Assembly (NCBI GenBank): GCA_040954595.2
Contig: CM082595.2
Span: 891,690-955,689, forward strand
Source of the DNA: Balanoglossus misakiensis
Taxonomy: Eukaryota; Animalia; Hemichordata
DNA: 64,000 bases
Reading direction: 5' to 3'
Below are positions 27,801 to 41,163 of this stretch, piece by piece. The notes under the pieces are model-generated. The model worked only from the letters and a program-made list of their open reading frames with translations, searched no databases and had not been told where the DNA came from. The first letter of the stretch is position 1; each line of letters opens with the position of its first letter. The position numbers were made by a program, and so were the translations under genes.

Positions 27801-30800
27801 TTTCTGATAGTTTTGTGCATTCTTGTTTCAAAGCAGTAGATCAGCAGTATCATTTTCACCTGTCACTATGGAAACCATTAAGTAATGCATTAGTGGAAGA
27901 CAGTGAGGTGACAAAGTCTCTACCAGCCACTTTTGACAACTTTTGTCACCCTTTCCTTTATTTCACCACTTTTCTTCTTCTTCCATTACTGAAGTAGCTA
28001 ATTGCTGCCTACCACCCAACAAGAGACATCAATCACGGCAATTCTGGAATTCACAGAGAATCAGGAGACAATTGCTAGTTTCCACAACAACTGAGGACAT
28101 GACTGGGAACCAAGGAATATGTGTAATACATCTTCATTAAGAAGAAGCTGGGAAAGCAGTAGGCATTGCCTATTCATGTACAACTCCCAGACAAAGGCAA
28201 TAAGAGTGGGCTTAATTAGTCACTTTCCAACCAGCCTAAATCTGATAACACGAAAATCGCACCCTTGCTGTCCCCACAGCTCGTAAATCTGACAAACACC
28301 GGCCGTTCGAAATGGAGGCTGGATTGATTTTATAAGCCAGCATGAGATAAACAAAGAAACCTGCTTCAGCCAAATCAATATGGATGTCTTGCTCAAATGA
28401 TGTCATACTGAAGTGAGGTATCCCCCCCCCCTTTTTATGTTACAACGAACTTGTCATTTAAATATCCCTACACCTGATTCAGAAAATCTGCGCCAAATGC
28501 ATTGATCTGTTATATACAATATTTATTCTTGAAAAAAAATCTGTATTTTTATTATTATAGCAGAACCTTACACACTTTGCACATCGAGTTGTCTGTCTGA
28601 GCAATCATACCACCTAACTGATGATATTCCACAGTGACGCTGCGTTCACAGAGCATGTAAAATCGTTCTGATTTCACCAACCACCAAACCAGCTACCTAC
28701 TGGGACTGCCCAAGGCCTTTCTAAATCTGACAAAATTATCCCTTTGCCAATCCCGTATGTCCAGTGACCCTTGAAGTTTTTCAACATTTTGAAAAGCATG
28801 GCTAGTTGGCTTTGATCACACACACACATCATGTATACTCAGTCAATGGCCCTTATCTGTGCAAGATTCACTGTCGCCAAAATTCAAACAGTTACCTAAT
28901 CGCGCTAAGACAGAGCTCCTAATAAATACTAAAGAAGAATTTCTATCTTTCATCTCTGGGGGGACTAGACCCTTACTCAAGCATTTCTTGCCTGGCGTCT
29001 GAAATCAACATCTTTGTGGCGCTTGTTTCTGAGATGAACAATAGGCTTCGCATCTACAGCCATATTTAGCAAGGAGATTCCCTTGTGTATAAGCACCTTT
29101 GATTAAAGTTCCTGTAAGTCCCAGATTGCATGCTCTACACACATTATCACAGACATCCCTCTGTTAGATTTTATCCACACTATCAGCCTCAGATTAACAT
29201 AATAATACGCATTGGTACACCTTGAAACGAACTCAAAACCACCGAAAGATGAATCCACATTGTTATCAGATTCAAATCCTGCAGTGGCAGGGGAATTGTA
29301 TTAAGTATCAGTCCCAAACAGACGTTTGGAGTTTTTTGGGTGAGGGTCAAGCTTGTACGGTGTATGTCTACGCAAGGGAATGTTTATATCTTTGGCGTGA
29401 CAGTATATTTTCTTTTAGTTCACAAGCGATACTTGACAGGTACAAGGACGGTATTTGTAAGCTCGCATCTGTTATCACAATGACACCTTACAAATTGGAT
29501 CTCTACTGAAGCACCTAAGTTTCTTGACAAACTGAAAGGGATTTTAATTAACGAATTTACTTTTCTGAATCAAAGCAGTGGGGGCTTTTAATAAGTGATT
29601 TTTTTCTCTAGATAAAAATGTCTAGACTGGTTTGTAGACTGCATACATTTCACACTTGGGTTCGAAATTTAAGAAAAGAGTTTATTATGTAGATGAACGG
29701 GACAGTGGCTGTAACCTTTGAACCATGTGCTTGCGTTGTCAACATGGTTTGTTTATGTGTGACATGTTTGTGTTATTGTTGATAAACAGAGTTTAAACTG
29801 AAGTGCATTGTCATAAACAATAAACATTAGAATTGTATAGCCTGGTATATATATGTAGACATGCAAGAATTTCAAAAAGTTTAGGGAACAGAGCAAGAAA
29901 CTGTCAAAAGTTTCAACTGCTATCACTATGCTAGAGTGAGAAGAACTTCTGTGACCCCAGACTTCCTACATCCAAGTATAAAATATCACCCACAGGAAGT
30001 TTAGAACACTATGTCAAACAGTTTATAAATTTAGTACAGTTAGATCAGAAAGGTAAACATAGTTGGCTATAATTTCTAGAGTCTATGAAGTCTGTTTGGC
30101 TACCATGTCACCTATCACCATGGTGACATGTTGATTGACAGGTTGAAAGTGCTTTTTCAGTCACCAGTAGTAACCATCAGTGAAATTTGATAACTTCTTC
30201 AGTACCGTCAATTTCATGTTCTTGACGCAATAATTGTTAAAACCAATACTCTTTCTCTCTCTGTAGTATAACTTGATAACATATTTCGTTGACTCAACAA
30301 GCTGTGTCTAAACTGAAACCTGTCTAATCTGAAAACCTGTCAATACTGAACACATTTTCCAACTTGTCTCTTTTGCACAGAACCACACGTAGAAAGAACC
30401 TCTATAAACTGGACACCTCTGCAAACCGAACAATTTCTCCAGCCCCGTTGGTGTTCAGTTTAGACAGGTTTTTACTGTTCATTGTAAAAATGCCACAAGC
30501 TTGACTTGGGACGGCCTCCACTGGGACGAACCAAATCCATGCAAACAACAACATTTGCGCTCGAAGAAGAATCAGTCAGACCAACAGAGGAAACACCCAG
30601 AGGGAATATACAGATCGCAACCTTGGTCAGTTCAAATGGACACACAATGAAATACAGATAATGCACAGAAACCAACATGCATGCTTTCAAAGTAGAACTC
30701 CAGAAAAAAAATCAGAGAGCTACATCTATGTATAACTTTTCAAAACTCAGTCTGCGCTCACTGACATAATGTATTTATTTGATGGCTATAGTTTGTGTGA

Positions 30801-33800
30801 GTGTAATACATGTAATTAACATATCCAAGTGGTCGTTGTAAGAGCTGCTTTTGTATACTATACATCGGATTGCCACGACACAGTTAAATGTATTCACTGA
30901 AAAGCCTGCCTCCAGGTGAAGCCTTTGATATTAAAAGTCCTACGTTGTTTTCTTTCTCTGTTTTCTGTGGAGTTATTTAAAATCTAATGAGAGGAAATAA
31001 AGGACAGAGAGTTTTCGTTTTGTAGCGCGTATGCCTGAAGTCAAATTGCTAGGAATCGAAAATAACTCATTCAGTTAATGAGCAGGCTGGATTTAGTAAA
31101 GTTAAACGATGCCAAATGAAATATTAACAGCTCCGTGAGTAACTGCTAGGCTGGTTTTCTGCAATTCCGTTTGATTTCAACTTTCACCAGAAAAAAAACG
31201 GAAAGAAAATAGTTTACGTTTAAATGCGATCCAGAGAATTTGTAATGAGTGGAAAAGCGCTCTCATTAATTTAGGCGGTCAAAATTTCTGCTGTTTGGCA
31301 CGGATTTCGCTGTCGTGTCTGAAAACCTTCTCAACTGCTCTCCCCTTGAACACATTTGTCAGCGTTGATGACACTAAGATAACAGTCACTCAACCGCTGC
31401 GAATTCTATTCACATTATGATCAGTTAGGAATTACAGCCGTTCAGGGCGCTGCCTTTTTGATCCACATCCCCGATATCGTCCATCATTTTTACTTGGTTA
31501 AAACAAAAAAAAAGCAAGCCAAGATGTTATCGCGAGTGAATTACACACACGGTAGTTTAAGGCTATTGGCATGTCTGAGGTACGCTTGGCAAAGGAAATT
31601 GAAACAGACATTAGGCGGTTCTGCCATTCAAAACAATAACACCATAATCAATACTGGGTGAAATTACTCTACTCGTGGTGGCAAATATTTCTGAGCTTCA
31701 ATTTTCTATTTCTGCTTGATTAATCTGAACTAGCGGCCATTAGAAGCTTCGGGACTATCAAAACCGGCAATAGAGCAAGTGTAAGGGGCAAAAATCAATC
31801 AAACTTTTATATTGAAATTAAATCACATTTCAAACAAAAGTCACAAAAAGCCTGAATAACTGTTTGATTTAATTGTCAGAATTTTAGCAAATTAGTGCTA
31901 AAATCAGCGCTTTTGTGTCAAAGTTTAAAGAATAATACGCAACATTATGAAACACAGGAACCTGTAAAGGTTGAAGTGAAAACGACTGAAACGCTCAGGT
32001 TGCAGTGAAAGAAAAAAAATCTACATCCACAGAAATTACTTTCTGTAATTTTCATAGAATTACAAGATGTGATGGACGTAAATATGGCTGATAAATTTTT
32101 TAGATTACTTCTGTAATCTTGTTATTGTCATTTATGAATACAAAGACTTGTATTTCCCACTGCTACAATTTAACATGCACATTTTTGACCAGAACCTACT
32201 AAAATGTTGACCTCAGTGAGTTGAGTGACAAGGCTTAATTTGAACAGCGACTTGCCCTCAAGCTTCAAAGAAGCATGTATATTTATCACACATCCTCTCG
32301 AAATGTTTTACACGGAATCTCACTTTCTTTTTATTCCTAAAACAAGAAGTTTTTCACTGTGAAATAAATTTACAATATGGTGACCTTAACTTTCAACATA
32401 TTTGTCTTTTCTTCCGCAGTTCAGCTACTGTGTTACGCATTCAGATGATTGGCCAGTGGTGATACTGTTTGCTGACTGAAAAAGCCTATCAAAACATCGC
32501 TCAATCTCTGCCGTGAGAGCTGAGGCAGTGCGCAAACCAGCTCACCACTTAATTATCCTCGCTGCCCGACATAATTTCCAGCTCCGTGAGAGTATCACAA
32601 GTCTGGAAATTTTCACGAACCCCTCACTGACAAAGACTAAAACCCCCAGGTATTTAATATGCTCTGCATAGCGCGATACAAAATAACTAAATCACCTGAT
32701 TTTTTCCCCTCCCGCACGGTACGATGATTCAATTTTTTTTTTGCCCCAGTTTTTCTCTCACTCAGTCGTAAAATATTCGAGGCAGTTTCCACGCCTGCAC
32801 AGCCCATAATTACAAATCAAGAAAAGTTTTTGTCCGACACTACTCATGTGGAAAGGTTACTTTTTCGACTCCCAGAGAAGCAAGCAATCAATCAGTCAAC
32901 CTCTGCAAAAACTCTGTTATATGCGGTGTGAGTTGGTGATAAGCCAGCATGGAATCCGGACATGTATAGTCTGCAGGAAAACCCACCTATATTGGCAACT
33001 CATGTCACAATAATTTGGAAATATACCGGACTCAACCAGCCTGTTGTGTTGATTTCCGACTCTAGATATGCAGAAAGCATACTCAATTTGAGCACTTACA
33101 GCGAGAGCCATTCCGCACGCTAACGTACATGAATTTGAACAATAGAATCTAGCGAATGACACCATGTACTGTACTTAGCCAACTGGAAAGATTTCTACGC
33201 TAATATTTTTTGTTTATGGATTGCCAGTATTCCCTGGGAATTTGGTGGCAGATTGTCCCGGTTCCGAGAGCTGTCTCTCAATTAATCAATGAGTGTGTAT
33301 AGCTCAATCAAGCCCAGCTAACCCCATGCAGTCACTTTCTAAATGAACTAAACAACAGGAAAACACCCCACAATCGGCCAATACACAATCGAGCTTACAC
33401 AGCATGTAAGCTTTCCTGGCCACAATGCTGTAAGACCAGCTGTTACTATGAAAGGAAACCTAGTGTGTATCAGCATGTAGATAAACAAGTCGAAAAACAT
33501 CCCCCAAAACCACACAGATCGTGTTTTCTCTATTTTGACCAAACTCTGGTTTCAAAGATAAATCTTATCTTTAGCGGTCATTTCTTTTGCCGGTTTGTTT
33601 TGTAATAACGCCCTAGCTCAAAGAAGAGCGCGAGGGAGTTTTTAAAATTAGATATGTAATAGACAAAACTTCCTAATCAGTTTCAAATTAAAGTAATTCA
33701 ACAACACAAAGGGAAACATTTCCAGCTGTTTTGGGAACATTTTCCTTGGCCCTTCCAGCAGTAACTTAATCTCGAGGAGGTCAACAACAAACCAAATATT

Positions 33801-36800
33801 GTTCACACAAAGAAACAGGGTACGTTCTTTGATCAACGCGATTTTAGATCGAGTTCACGCGAGGCAATGTCTAACCACACGGTTCACATCAGACAAAGGA
33901 TAATGTTAGAACTAGAGAAAGTGGCGTTACGGATGAATCGGCCAAAAAGTATGCGATATCGGTAGTTAGAATCCATATTATTCATACTGAGGTCTCCCAA
34001 CGGTCTTTGTTATTATGGCAGTCAGTGAATTCACATCAGCTGAGACGTGTGCTAGCAAATACAATTACTAAATAGATGTCAAAATTCAATCCTATCGACA
34101 AACAACTCCGCACAGCACCACTCTGGGGACGGACCGGTCCACCTTGTCTATTCACTGCCACTCGGTCGTCTCAAAAAACCTTCTTCAGAATTCAAACACA
34201 GCGCTGACAAGTAAATCGCATTTCAGTAAATGCTCTTCGTCAGCCAAAAGATCTCGACTCACTGGAGTGTTTCATGGAAGAATGTACTGAAATAAATATT
34301 TGAACACACAAAAACTGAAGCCAAGCAGCATTACGAGGGACCTACCACATCTGTTATTGTAACGCTTGTACACAAACACTGCACTGATTCAAGTCTGTTT
34401 CAATTCAAACTTATATTATTGAATTTTATTCTCGGAATATCTCTCTATGCTCAGTAGAACTACTGTAAAACTGCTCCTTTCTAAGATTTAACTTTTTGAA
34501 GTATCGTATCGTTTCTCACGATGCTCACAAACTTTGCGAGTAACTCGACATTTTGTCCGCGCTCTGTAACCATGCACTGATCTCATCTAAGCTGATCTTG
34601 GGGGGAAATTTCTCCCACAAAGAAACCGACGCATGCTTTTATTTCCCTTGACCTACCACTGTACCCTTCGACTGATGACAAGGTTTTTAATATTGAGTGA
34701 TAAATACACACAATTAGTCCAATCCAACATTCAAAACCGATATATAGCATCTAAGGGATTCTTTTAAGGCTCTTTTGTTTCACTACATTAAGACTGCGTG
34801 CCAGAGGCGAAAATTCTGGTACAACCTCTCAAAGCACTTACAAGGTTCACATATAGTGATGGGAAATTGCAGCCTGAAACAGCCAGGTTTAGTTCAGCTC
34901 TGAAGACAGTCCCGATTCATTCCGATGTTTACATACAATCTGTTTTTTATTAATTTTTTATTCAACAAGCTTTCCTGGTTGACCTACATTCCTATACTTT
35001 AATAATTATCTTGCCACTTCAAGAGATCTGAAGCATAGCTTCACTAAATCCCCCGCCAAAATTCTTTGAATATTACAGAGATGGTCCACCAGCCTCATAT
35101 AGTCACTTCAATTCTAATGATTTTGTCAATTTATATTAATGAAACTTTAATTAGTGTAAAGCAGACCGACTTGTTTGTGAGCTGGAAAAAAAATTCTCGC
35201 TAAACCAGGCTTGGCTGGTGTGAATTACACACAGACAGGCGGTGACGTCAACAACTCACAACTGCTTAAGCCTAATAAACATTAAATAACTGAAATTTCA
35301 ACACTTATAAGTGCATGATTTGACATGGGTAAAGCTCAGCTTACTATGAAATGAACTAGCCTTTATTGGCTTCAGACTTAATACTGAATTCCTGTGTGTG
35401 TGTACTTATGTCTGATTATTAGCGTCCCCTGAACACTGACTGAAAAAATCCACAACTGAAATGCTACTCTCAATCTCGTCCACACTCGCTCACAACGGGC
35501 GAGGCCTATTGCACACTTCAGCGCTACTGCACGGCGTTTGGGGAAAGTCTGTGACGCGATGTCCCAATGCAATTTACACTTTAATGGTGGCCGGGTTCAG
35601 TTCCAGCATTGAAGGACAAGAATCTGTCATCACCAGATAGTCTTTCTTCTCAACCCCATTCCACAATTTACCTGACACATTATCCCCCCAATAAGTAGGA
35701 GCTCTCATCCACTTCAACGACTTGCCCCTGCCCACCCCTGTTTTTTCAATCAAGCGAACCAAACTTATCATGGTAAACAGTGACGGACCATACCAATTTG
35801 ATCATACACCGAGGGGAGAAGAAGTTTGCAAGGTCAATTAACACTAACAAACACTACCAACAAAACTGACCACTTTTATTTTTTCCCCTTCCTCAATCGC
35901 CCATAAAAAATATTTATTCCATAAATCGCCAAATGATGAAATATCCGCCAGAAATTGCCGTAAACAGTACAGTTTACCATGGCAACCAATTAATTGCACA
36001 CACACACATTTCTGATATTTGAATTGGAAATTTTCCCCTTCCCGCTTTGAATAGACGCTGTCTCTTAGCGCAGGACTGAATGACTAAACCCTCGTCAACT
36101 ATTCACAACATATTACCCGACTCAATAGTGGCCAGCCTTTCACACAGAATAAGCAGCACAGTCAAATGCACATTTGCAATTTTTTTTCTCCTATTCAGTT
36201 CCCTCGTTTTCATCCGAGTCTTTTTTTAAACTCAGATGACTACACAGACAAAGCATTCCCTGGGAGCTGAAAGATATTAAAATCTCTGATTTCAAATGAT
36301 TCTATTTGATTGCTTCCTGAAAAATTCTTTTCTGGATATTCCCACGTCTATTCCGGTTATCCTGACATCCTATGTCCAAATAAATGTCAATTTCCAATTT
36401 AATCTGACCACGCCAATGTTCCAAACACTTGAATTTGTGAGAACAGCTGACATACATGTACATTGATAAATACACTGTAGACACATGTCTCGTAATATCA
36501 AATATTATTTGTCATGAGTTACGGCAATGCCCCGGGGAGAAATATTTGTAAATCATATTTCTTAATTTCCATACACTTTTATTCAATATGAACTAATTCA
36601 ATCACTGATTTAGCTCATATTTTCTTTTGAAAATGAAAATCATTGATTCTGAAAATAATAGAATACTGTGTGTTATGCGAGTAATGTTTGTTTGATGATC
36701 TAGCAGGGTTAAATTACTGAGGTAGTTTCAGTAGCTACAATTTAGGAAGAGAAAGAAAAATGGTCCCCTTCTGTAGAAATACTGATGCTTTGAAATTTAT

Positions 36801-39800
36801 GGCTGTGGAACTGTAATGGGCTATTTGGCGATTGTCAGCATTGAATTTAAATGAGTTTGAATATATAGCATGTATATGATTAAGACTGTATTCAAAGCAA
36901 TCCGATGGATTCGGGTGTGTTGAGAAGCAAAGCCAGGAAAAGATCAACTAAATGAGAAAATTAAAACGTCTTGTTGCACACAAGGAATGTGGCTCTTGTT
37001 TGTCTTATTATTAAATTCCAAACCGGGCGGGACGAGAGTTAGGCAGTTCGCTGACCGAGGTTACTAATTTGTTTAGTCCCGCAGTCGAATGTGCCTATTT
37101 GGATACGTGATGATTTTGCTACCAGCATGAAGCCAATCTGAAAGCTACTGAACTTCCACTATGCCATTTGTGTTATCTGAGTACAAGAATTGAACTCCAC
37201 CTGAGGAAAAGCTAGTCTTATTAGGTTTATTTCTTGGCTGTAACGATCTAAAAACAACTGCAATATATGATCTCCTCTGCTCTGATGGAATTTCTCTATT
37301 TCTCAATCCCACGGCTTCGGGTAAAACGAACTCCACTCAGAAAATGATCAATTCTGTTTGTTGATCTTTGAGTTGCTTTAACCATTTTTTAATATTTACA
37401 ACTTGGAAGGTTGAACTGTACATCCACTGAAATGGAATGTACAGTCCCCACCATGAGTCCTGCCACCCATTTAGAAGAGTAAGCAAAATCGAAGATAGGC
37501 CTACATTTCCAGGGATGTGAAACACAGTCGGATGAAAAGTGATCCAATGGCCGGAACAAGCCTTTGCTTTCCCATGTGTAATCAGCTCACCTCAAGTGGA
37601 TTACACAGACGTTGGAAAGCGAAACCTTGCCCAATTAGGATAATTTAAACAGACTTCACAGTGGAGAAAGGGGTTTTCAATTCTCCTAACAGTCTCATTT
37701 GCATATTGCAATTCTCCTTACAGTCTCATTTGCATATTGCACTGTATATTTGCATGTCACATTTGCATGATAACTGAAAATTTGCATACATATACAGTCA
37801 CTGTGACAAAACCACAGTGAAAGTTTTGTTCCATGCATATATACTTTGCAGCAAATAGAACTGAAGTGTCTTTGCTAGTTATTGCCTGTTTCACCAAAAG
37901 TCTTCATCTGAACATCGGTGTGGACGGTTCTTCTTTGCAACAAGCATGATCTTGCCAGATCATCTTGGATTAGGGATTTTAATTACATTCCCTGAAGAGT
38001 AAGTAGGTGTTAGGTGTGGCAGTGAAGTAAACTTACCTTGGCATAGGTTATCACTGGAGGCTTCGTAGCCTGGTAGACAAGCGCAGGTACCGTCAATCAA
38101 AGTCCAAGCACCATCACTCTGGCATTGATACACTGGGTTCTCCAATCCGAGATGCCCTGCGTTTGGTACACACTGCCCTTCAACTTCCACCAGTGACTTG
38201 CCCTGAGGTCCGGCTGGTGTTTTCTCAAAGAATGCAAAATTTGTAGTGATGTCAGGACACGCATAATAGAACACCTTCACGCTCAGAATGGCCATACACG
38301 CACCTTGATCTTGGAAAGCCAGGTAAAATCCATTTGCAGTTATCGGACCAAAAAAGAGTATCTCCTTATTAATGACTTCGGTGTCGTACGAGAAACGACC
38401 CTCGGCAGCTATTCGGTCAATTTTCTTGTATGGAGGAGAATCCCAAGAAGGCCAGTTTGCATCAGCATCATCTGTGTCAATCTCGTAATAGTATAAATCA
38501 AATGTTTCTTTGCAGGATACAACATTAGGAATATCTACACATTCTCGCATGGAGAACTCGATTTCTACTGCTACCCTGTTAGCTTGTCTTGCGTTGATCC
38601 ATGTTGTACGTAACCAGTTGTTCTGTACACCTCCATAGGTCACTCGGCAAACCTGGAATCGTCTTTCACCACTCGCTCCAGTTTCTGTCCACTGTTGACC
38701 CGCAAAAAAAATTAAAATCAAAATACGACAGTGCACGCACAGAAGGTCAGACATTAGTAGAAAAGGCCACTTACATCACAAACAAACTGACAAACTACTG
38801 GAGTGCTTGGATATATTTCTCGGATGATTTAGATGGGGTCAAGTCAAGGGAGGCGTGCTCTCATATCAAAATACAAATGAGCTATCTCCCCGACACAAAG
38901 ACCGATCAGTGTAAATATCCAACTGGCATATCAACCTACCACTGTAAAAAATTTAACAGCCAACCCTTACATTGTGTAAAGAAACTGTTCTTTATATTTT
39001 CTTGCTCAACAACTGTACACAGGACTTTACATAATGTGGTAGTTAATATTTAATGAAGATGTCCCCCACACCTAGTTTATTATGGCTCCTTTTCAAAAAT
39101 AAACAAGTAAAAATCTCTTTATATTATAATAAACAATCAGAAAGTAGCCAAAAGTCTAGATTTGGTACGGAGGTTAAGGAGGTCAGGGCCTGAAATATTA
39201 CAGATGTGGAACAGATTTTGTTTTACTTTCTTGAAATTCGTTCAGCCCGAATTGTTTTCAAATGTTTCACACCACGCCATAAAATCAATAGGCGATCTGT
39301 TCAAAGAGAATGCTTTGAAGAAGAAATAAACTTACCCCTGGTCTGTCAGTGAACGTCTGATGATACGAAACCCACCTCAGACTTCTTTGATTTTTCGAAT
39401 TGTACAAAGATTCTGTGAAAGCGATGGAAATCGAGTTTTATTTCAAGTTTAAAGGCTATGGAAAACATGTCAGTGCAAATGAACATTGAGTGTGGCATGT
39501 TGTTCTACGAGACCGTAAAAAGTGCTATTGTCCAATTCTCGTTTCACGACACAAACTTAAAAGTTGTCCTCCAAACCACCTCCTTGTAAACTGTTGTTGC
39601 ACACAACAAACCGTGAATTGACGTCTTTTGTTCCTTTGAAAATCGACAAGAACTTCACAGTTCCTCAACGCAATTAGGATTTCTTAGCTTGCTAATCAAA
39701 CGATCTCAATGTAACTAATTTTTATTGTTTTCTCGTACTAGTGCAAACGAACAATGTTCGGATGCAAACATAGACACTTTGAGGATGCCGCAGTAACCCG

Positions 39801-40559
39801 CATCAGTCAGCGGACGTACCACTCCGATCAACGCGGAGAAAACGCCGGTTAATCGTCTAGCTTTACGTCTCTACAGATTTTCTTTCGTTGTCAGAAATTT
39901 CATCCACACGGCTGCTTTGCTATGCGGCATACGCGAACGGTCACGCCAGTTTCCGAAGAACAGACAATCTACCTCGTAAAATCACTTCTTTAATTGGCTT
40001 TGCAATGACCCGGCAACTGTGTGAGCTAAAAACCGCGTGTAGTGTCTGTCAACTTCGGAGGTTCTCTACCCAAATACCTATACGGAAGTTTGACAAAACT
40101 TGACAGCCATTCCAACTTACAACTGTAAACATATCGAGTTATAAACATTAAAACAAACTAGCTGATGAAAAAATGTTTGCAACGTGGAAACTTGGGCCCC
40201 ACACCTAAACCAATTTGACAAACTCTCCTTGGCCTGAGAGGCCAAACTGTGGGATGATCTGTGAAACTCTTAACAAAATCAAAGCGACTCTAACATCGAA
40301 TGCGTCCACCAGATGAAAGTTTACGTCAGGGGAGGGGAGGTCACAGCTGACGACTGCACTTACGTTGAAGGATCCTGTCACATTTTATGTTTCAGTGGAA
40401 AAAATATCTAAAATCAGCAAAATCTTGCAACAAAACTTGCATGCACAATAGCTGAAATGTTTACCCACCTTCTAGTGATGTCGTATCCTTCAAAATAGTT
40501 AGGAGAGCTGTCAAAACTAACACCAAAGTGGGAGAAAGTGTACATCCTCTGGACGCCAT
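621..40559 (-). CDS. Eph: Eph receptor tyrosine kinase gene, 5' part (coding exons 1-6: 40469-40559, 39336-39412, 38037-38691, 7985-8140, 6578-6907, 621-853); TM, kinase and SAM exons lie beyond the left edge
   Basis: Six GT-AG exons join in frame (phases 1,0,1,1,1,0) to give signal peptide + Eph LBD + sushi/EGF-like Cys-rich region + two FN3 domains, the canonical Eph ectodomain order. Confidence 0.95.
2749..2772. repeat. (TC)n microsatellite
   Basis: tctctctctctctctctctttctc. Confidence 0.8.
6578..6907 (-). CDS. Eph: Eph exon 5: fibronectin type III domain 1
   Basis: PPSEPINL...LYWTRPAYDGGRNDVTYNVVC...YKFKVFARNGVS; acceptor atttcag, donor G|gtaagt; 330 nt. Confidence 0.96.
7985..8140 (-). 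CDS. Eph: Eph exon 4: EGF-like Cys-rich region (ACPAGHYKLSLSNQICEPCPHHS...CHCEDDYFRAGVDPISSPCT)
   Basis: Manual translation; acceptor tatttccag, donor C|gtaagt; 156 nt phase 1->1; classic Eph CP.G.YK...C..CP.HS...C.C...YFRA..D....CT pattern; missed by ORF track. Confidence 0.95.
26142..26171. repeat. Imperfect (TC)n microsatellite
   Basis: tctctgtctctctctctgtctctctctctc. Confidence 0.75.
30304..30478. mobile_element. Degenerate pogo/Tc1-mariner-type MITE
   Basis: Right end ggtgttcagtttagacaggtttttactgt is an inverted repeat of left-side aaacctgtctaatctgaa / tgtctaaactgaa; internal direct repeats (cctgtc/cctct..aa(a)ctg(a/g)acac); CAGT terminus. Confidence 0.55.
37680..37787. promoter_or_regulatory. 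31-bp tandem duplication plus cluster of five octamer (ATTTGCAT) motifs
   Basis: ATTTGCAT starts at 37697, 37728, 37748, 37761, 37780; duplicated unit attctcct(a/t)acagtctcatttgcatattgca. Confidence 0.5.
38037..38691 (-). CDS. Eph: Eph exon 3: ligand-binding domain and sushi-like domain
   Basis: Motifs FQVC, QNNWLRT, CKETFDLYYYE, GFYLAFQDQGACMAILSVKVFY, CACLPGYE; acceptor caacag|TGG, donor CAAG|gtaagt; 655 nt. Confidence 0.97.
39336..39412 (-). CDS. Eph: Eph exon 2: start of ligand-binding domain (ESLYNSKNQRSLRWVSYHQTFTDRPG)
   Basis: Acceptor tttcacag, donor GGG|gtaagt, 77 nt phase 1->0; resembles vertebrate Eph exon 2 (LLDS..ELGW.SY); not in ORF track. Confidence 0.88.
40469..40559 (-). 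CDS. Eph: Eph exon 1: signal peptide (MASRGCTLSPTLVLVLTALLTILKDTTSLE)
   Basis: ATG at 40559-40557 in context ATCATGG, hydrophobic core, donor AAG|gtgggt; 91 nt, phase 1, compatible with exon 2; not in ORF track. Confidence 0.85.
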
Positions 40560-41133
40560 GATTCTGGATAGACTACTGATTGAAAACTCCACGCACACAT
40601 TGATAGCCACACACGCACACTTTACTAGGCGATACCATTCACAGCGATGGGGGTGGATGATTAATTATGATGGACGCTATCCGATTTTAGGGAAATGCCT
40701 TCAGGGTTTATGGCGTGTCTCTACTGTTTCGTCAATAGAGGGCCTTCCTGTCTATTCACTTGGGTTGACTTTAACGGAACTTGCATACTGAGAAAAGTAC
40801 GACTACGCAAAATGCCTCCACCACAGGCCTACAATATCTACTGAGTTTGGTGACCTGGTGATCGCCCGGACCAATGTTCAAATATTTGCTTGTTTGTTTG
40901 CTTGCTTGTTTGGACCTAGGCCTACATCTAGGCCTACATATCTTTCATTTCGACACGCTTACTATAGAAGAGTGGTTTTGAGAACACTTATTACATCTAT
41001 AATAAAACGTTGCTCTGTTTACGAAAATTTCCGGTGCCTCGTTGAGTTTTATCCAGTGGCCCCTTCCAATCGTCCTACCCCCAGGATCCCATGGAATCGG
41101 ACAATTCTACCACGCAGTTGGGCGCTCTCACGG

Positions 41134-41163
41134 GCGCGCGCGCGCGAAAGGCTACTTATAAGG
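41134..41163 (-). promoter_or_regulatory. Candidate Eph core promoter: TATAAG followed by a (CG)6 tract, in a CpG-rich zone ~600 bp upstream of the ATG
   Basis: cttata at 41155-41160, gcgcgcgcgcgcg at 41134-41146; elevated CpG over ~39700-41900. Confidence 0.3.

Noticed and set aside
37960-38036. 25-codon read-through into Eph intron 3
   Set aside because: No nearby AATAAA seen, unlike intron 5; expected by chance.
38601-39053. 150-aa plus-strand ORF, and other plus-strand ORFs antisense to exons (e.g. 53990-54430, 48091-48510)
   Set aside because: Antisense shadows of real minus-strand exons with no independent protein features.
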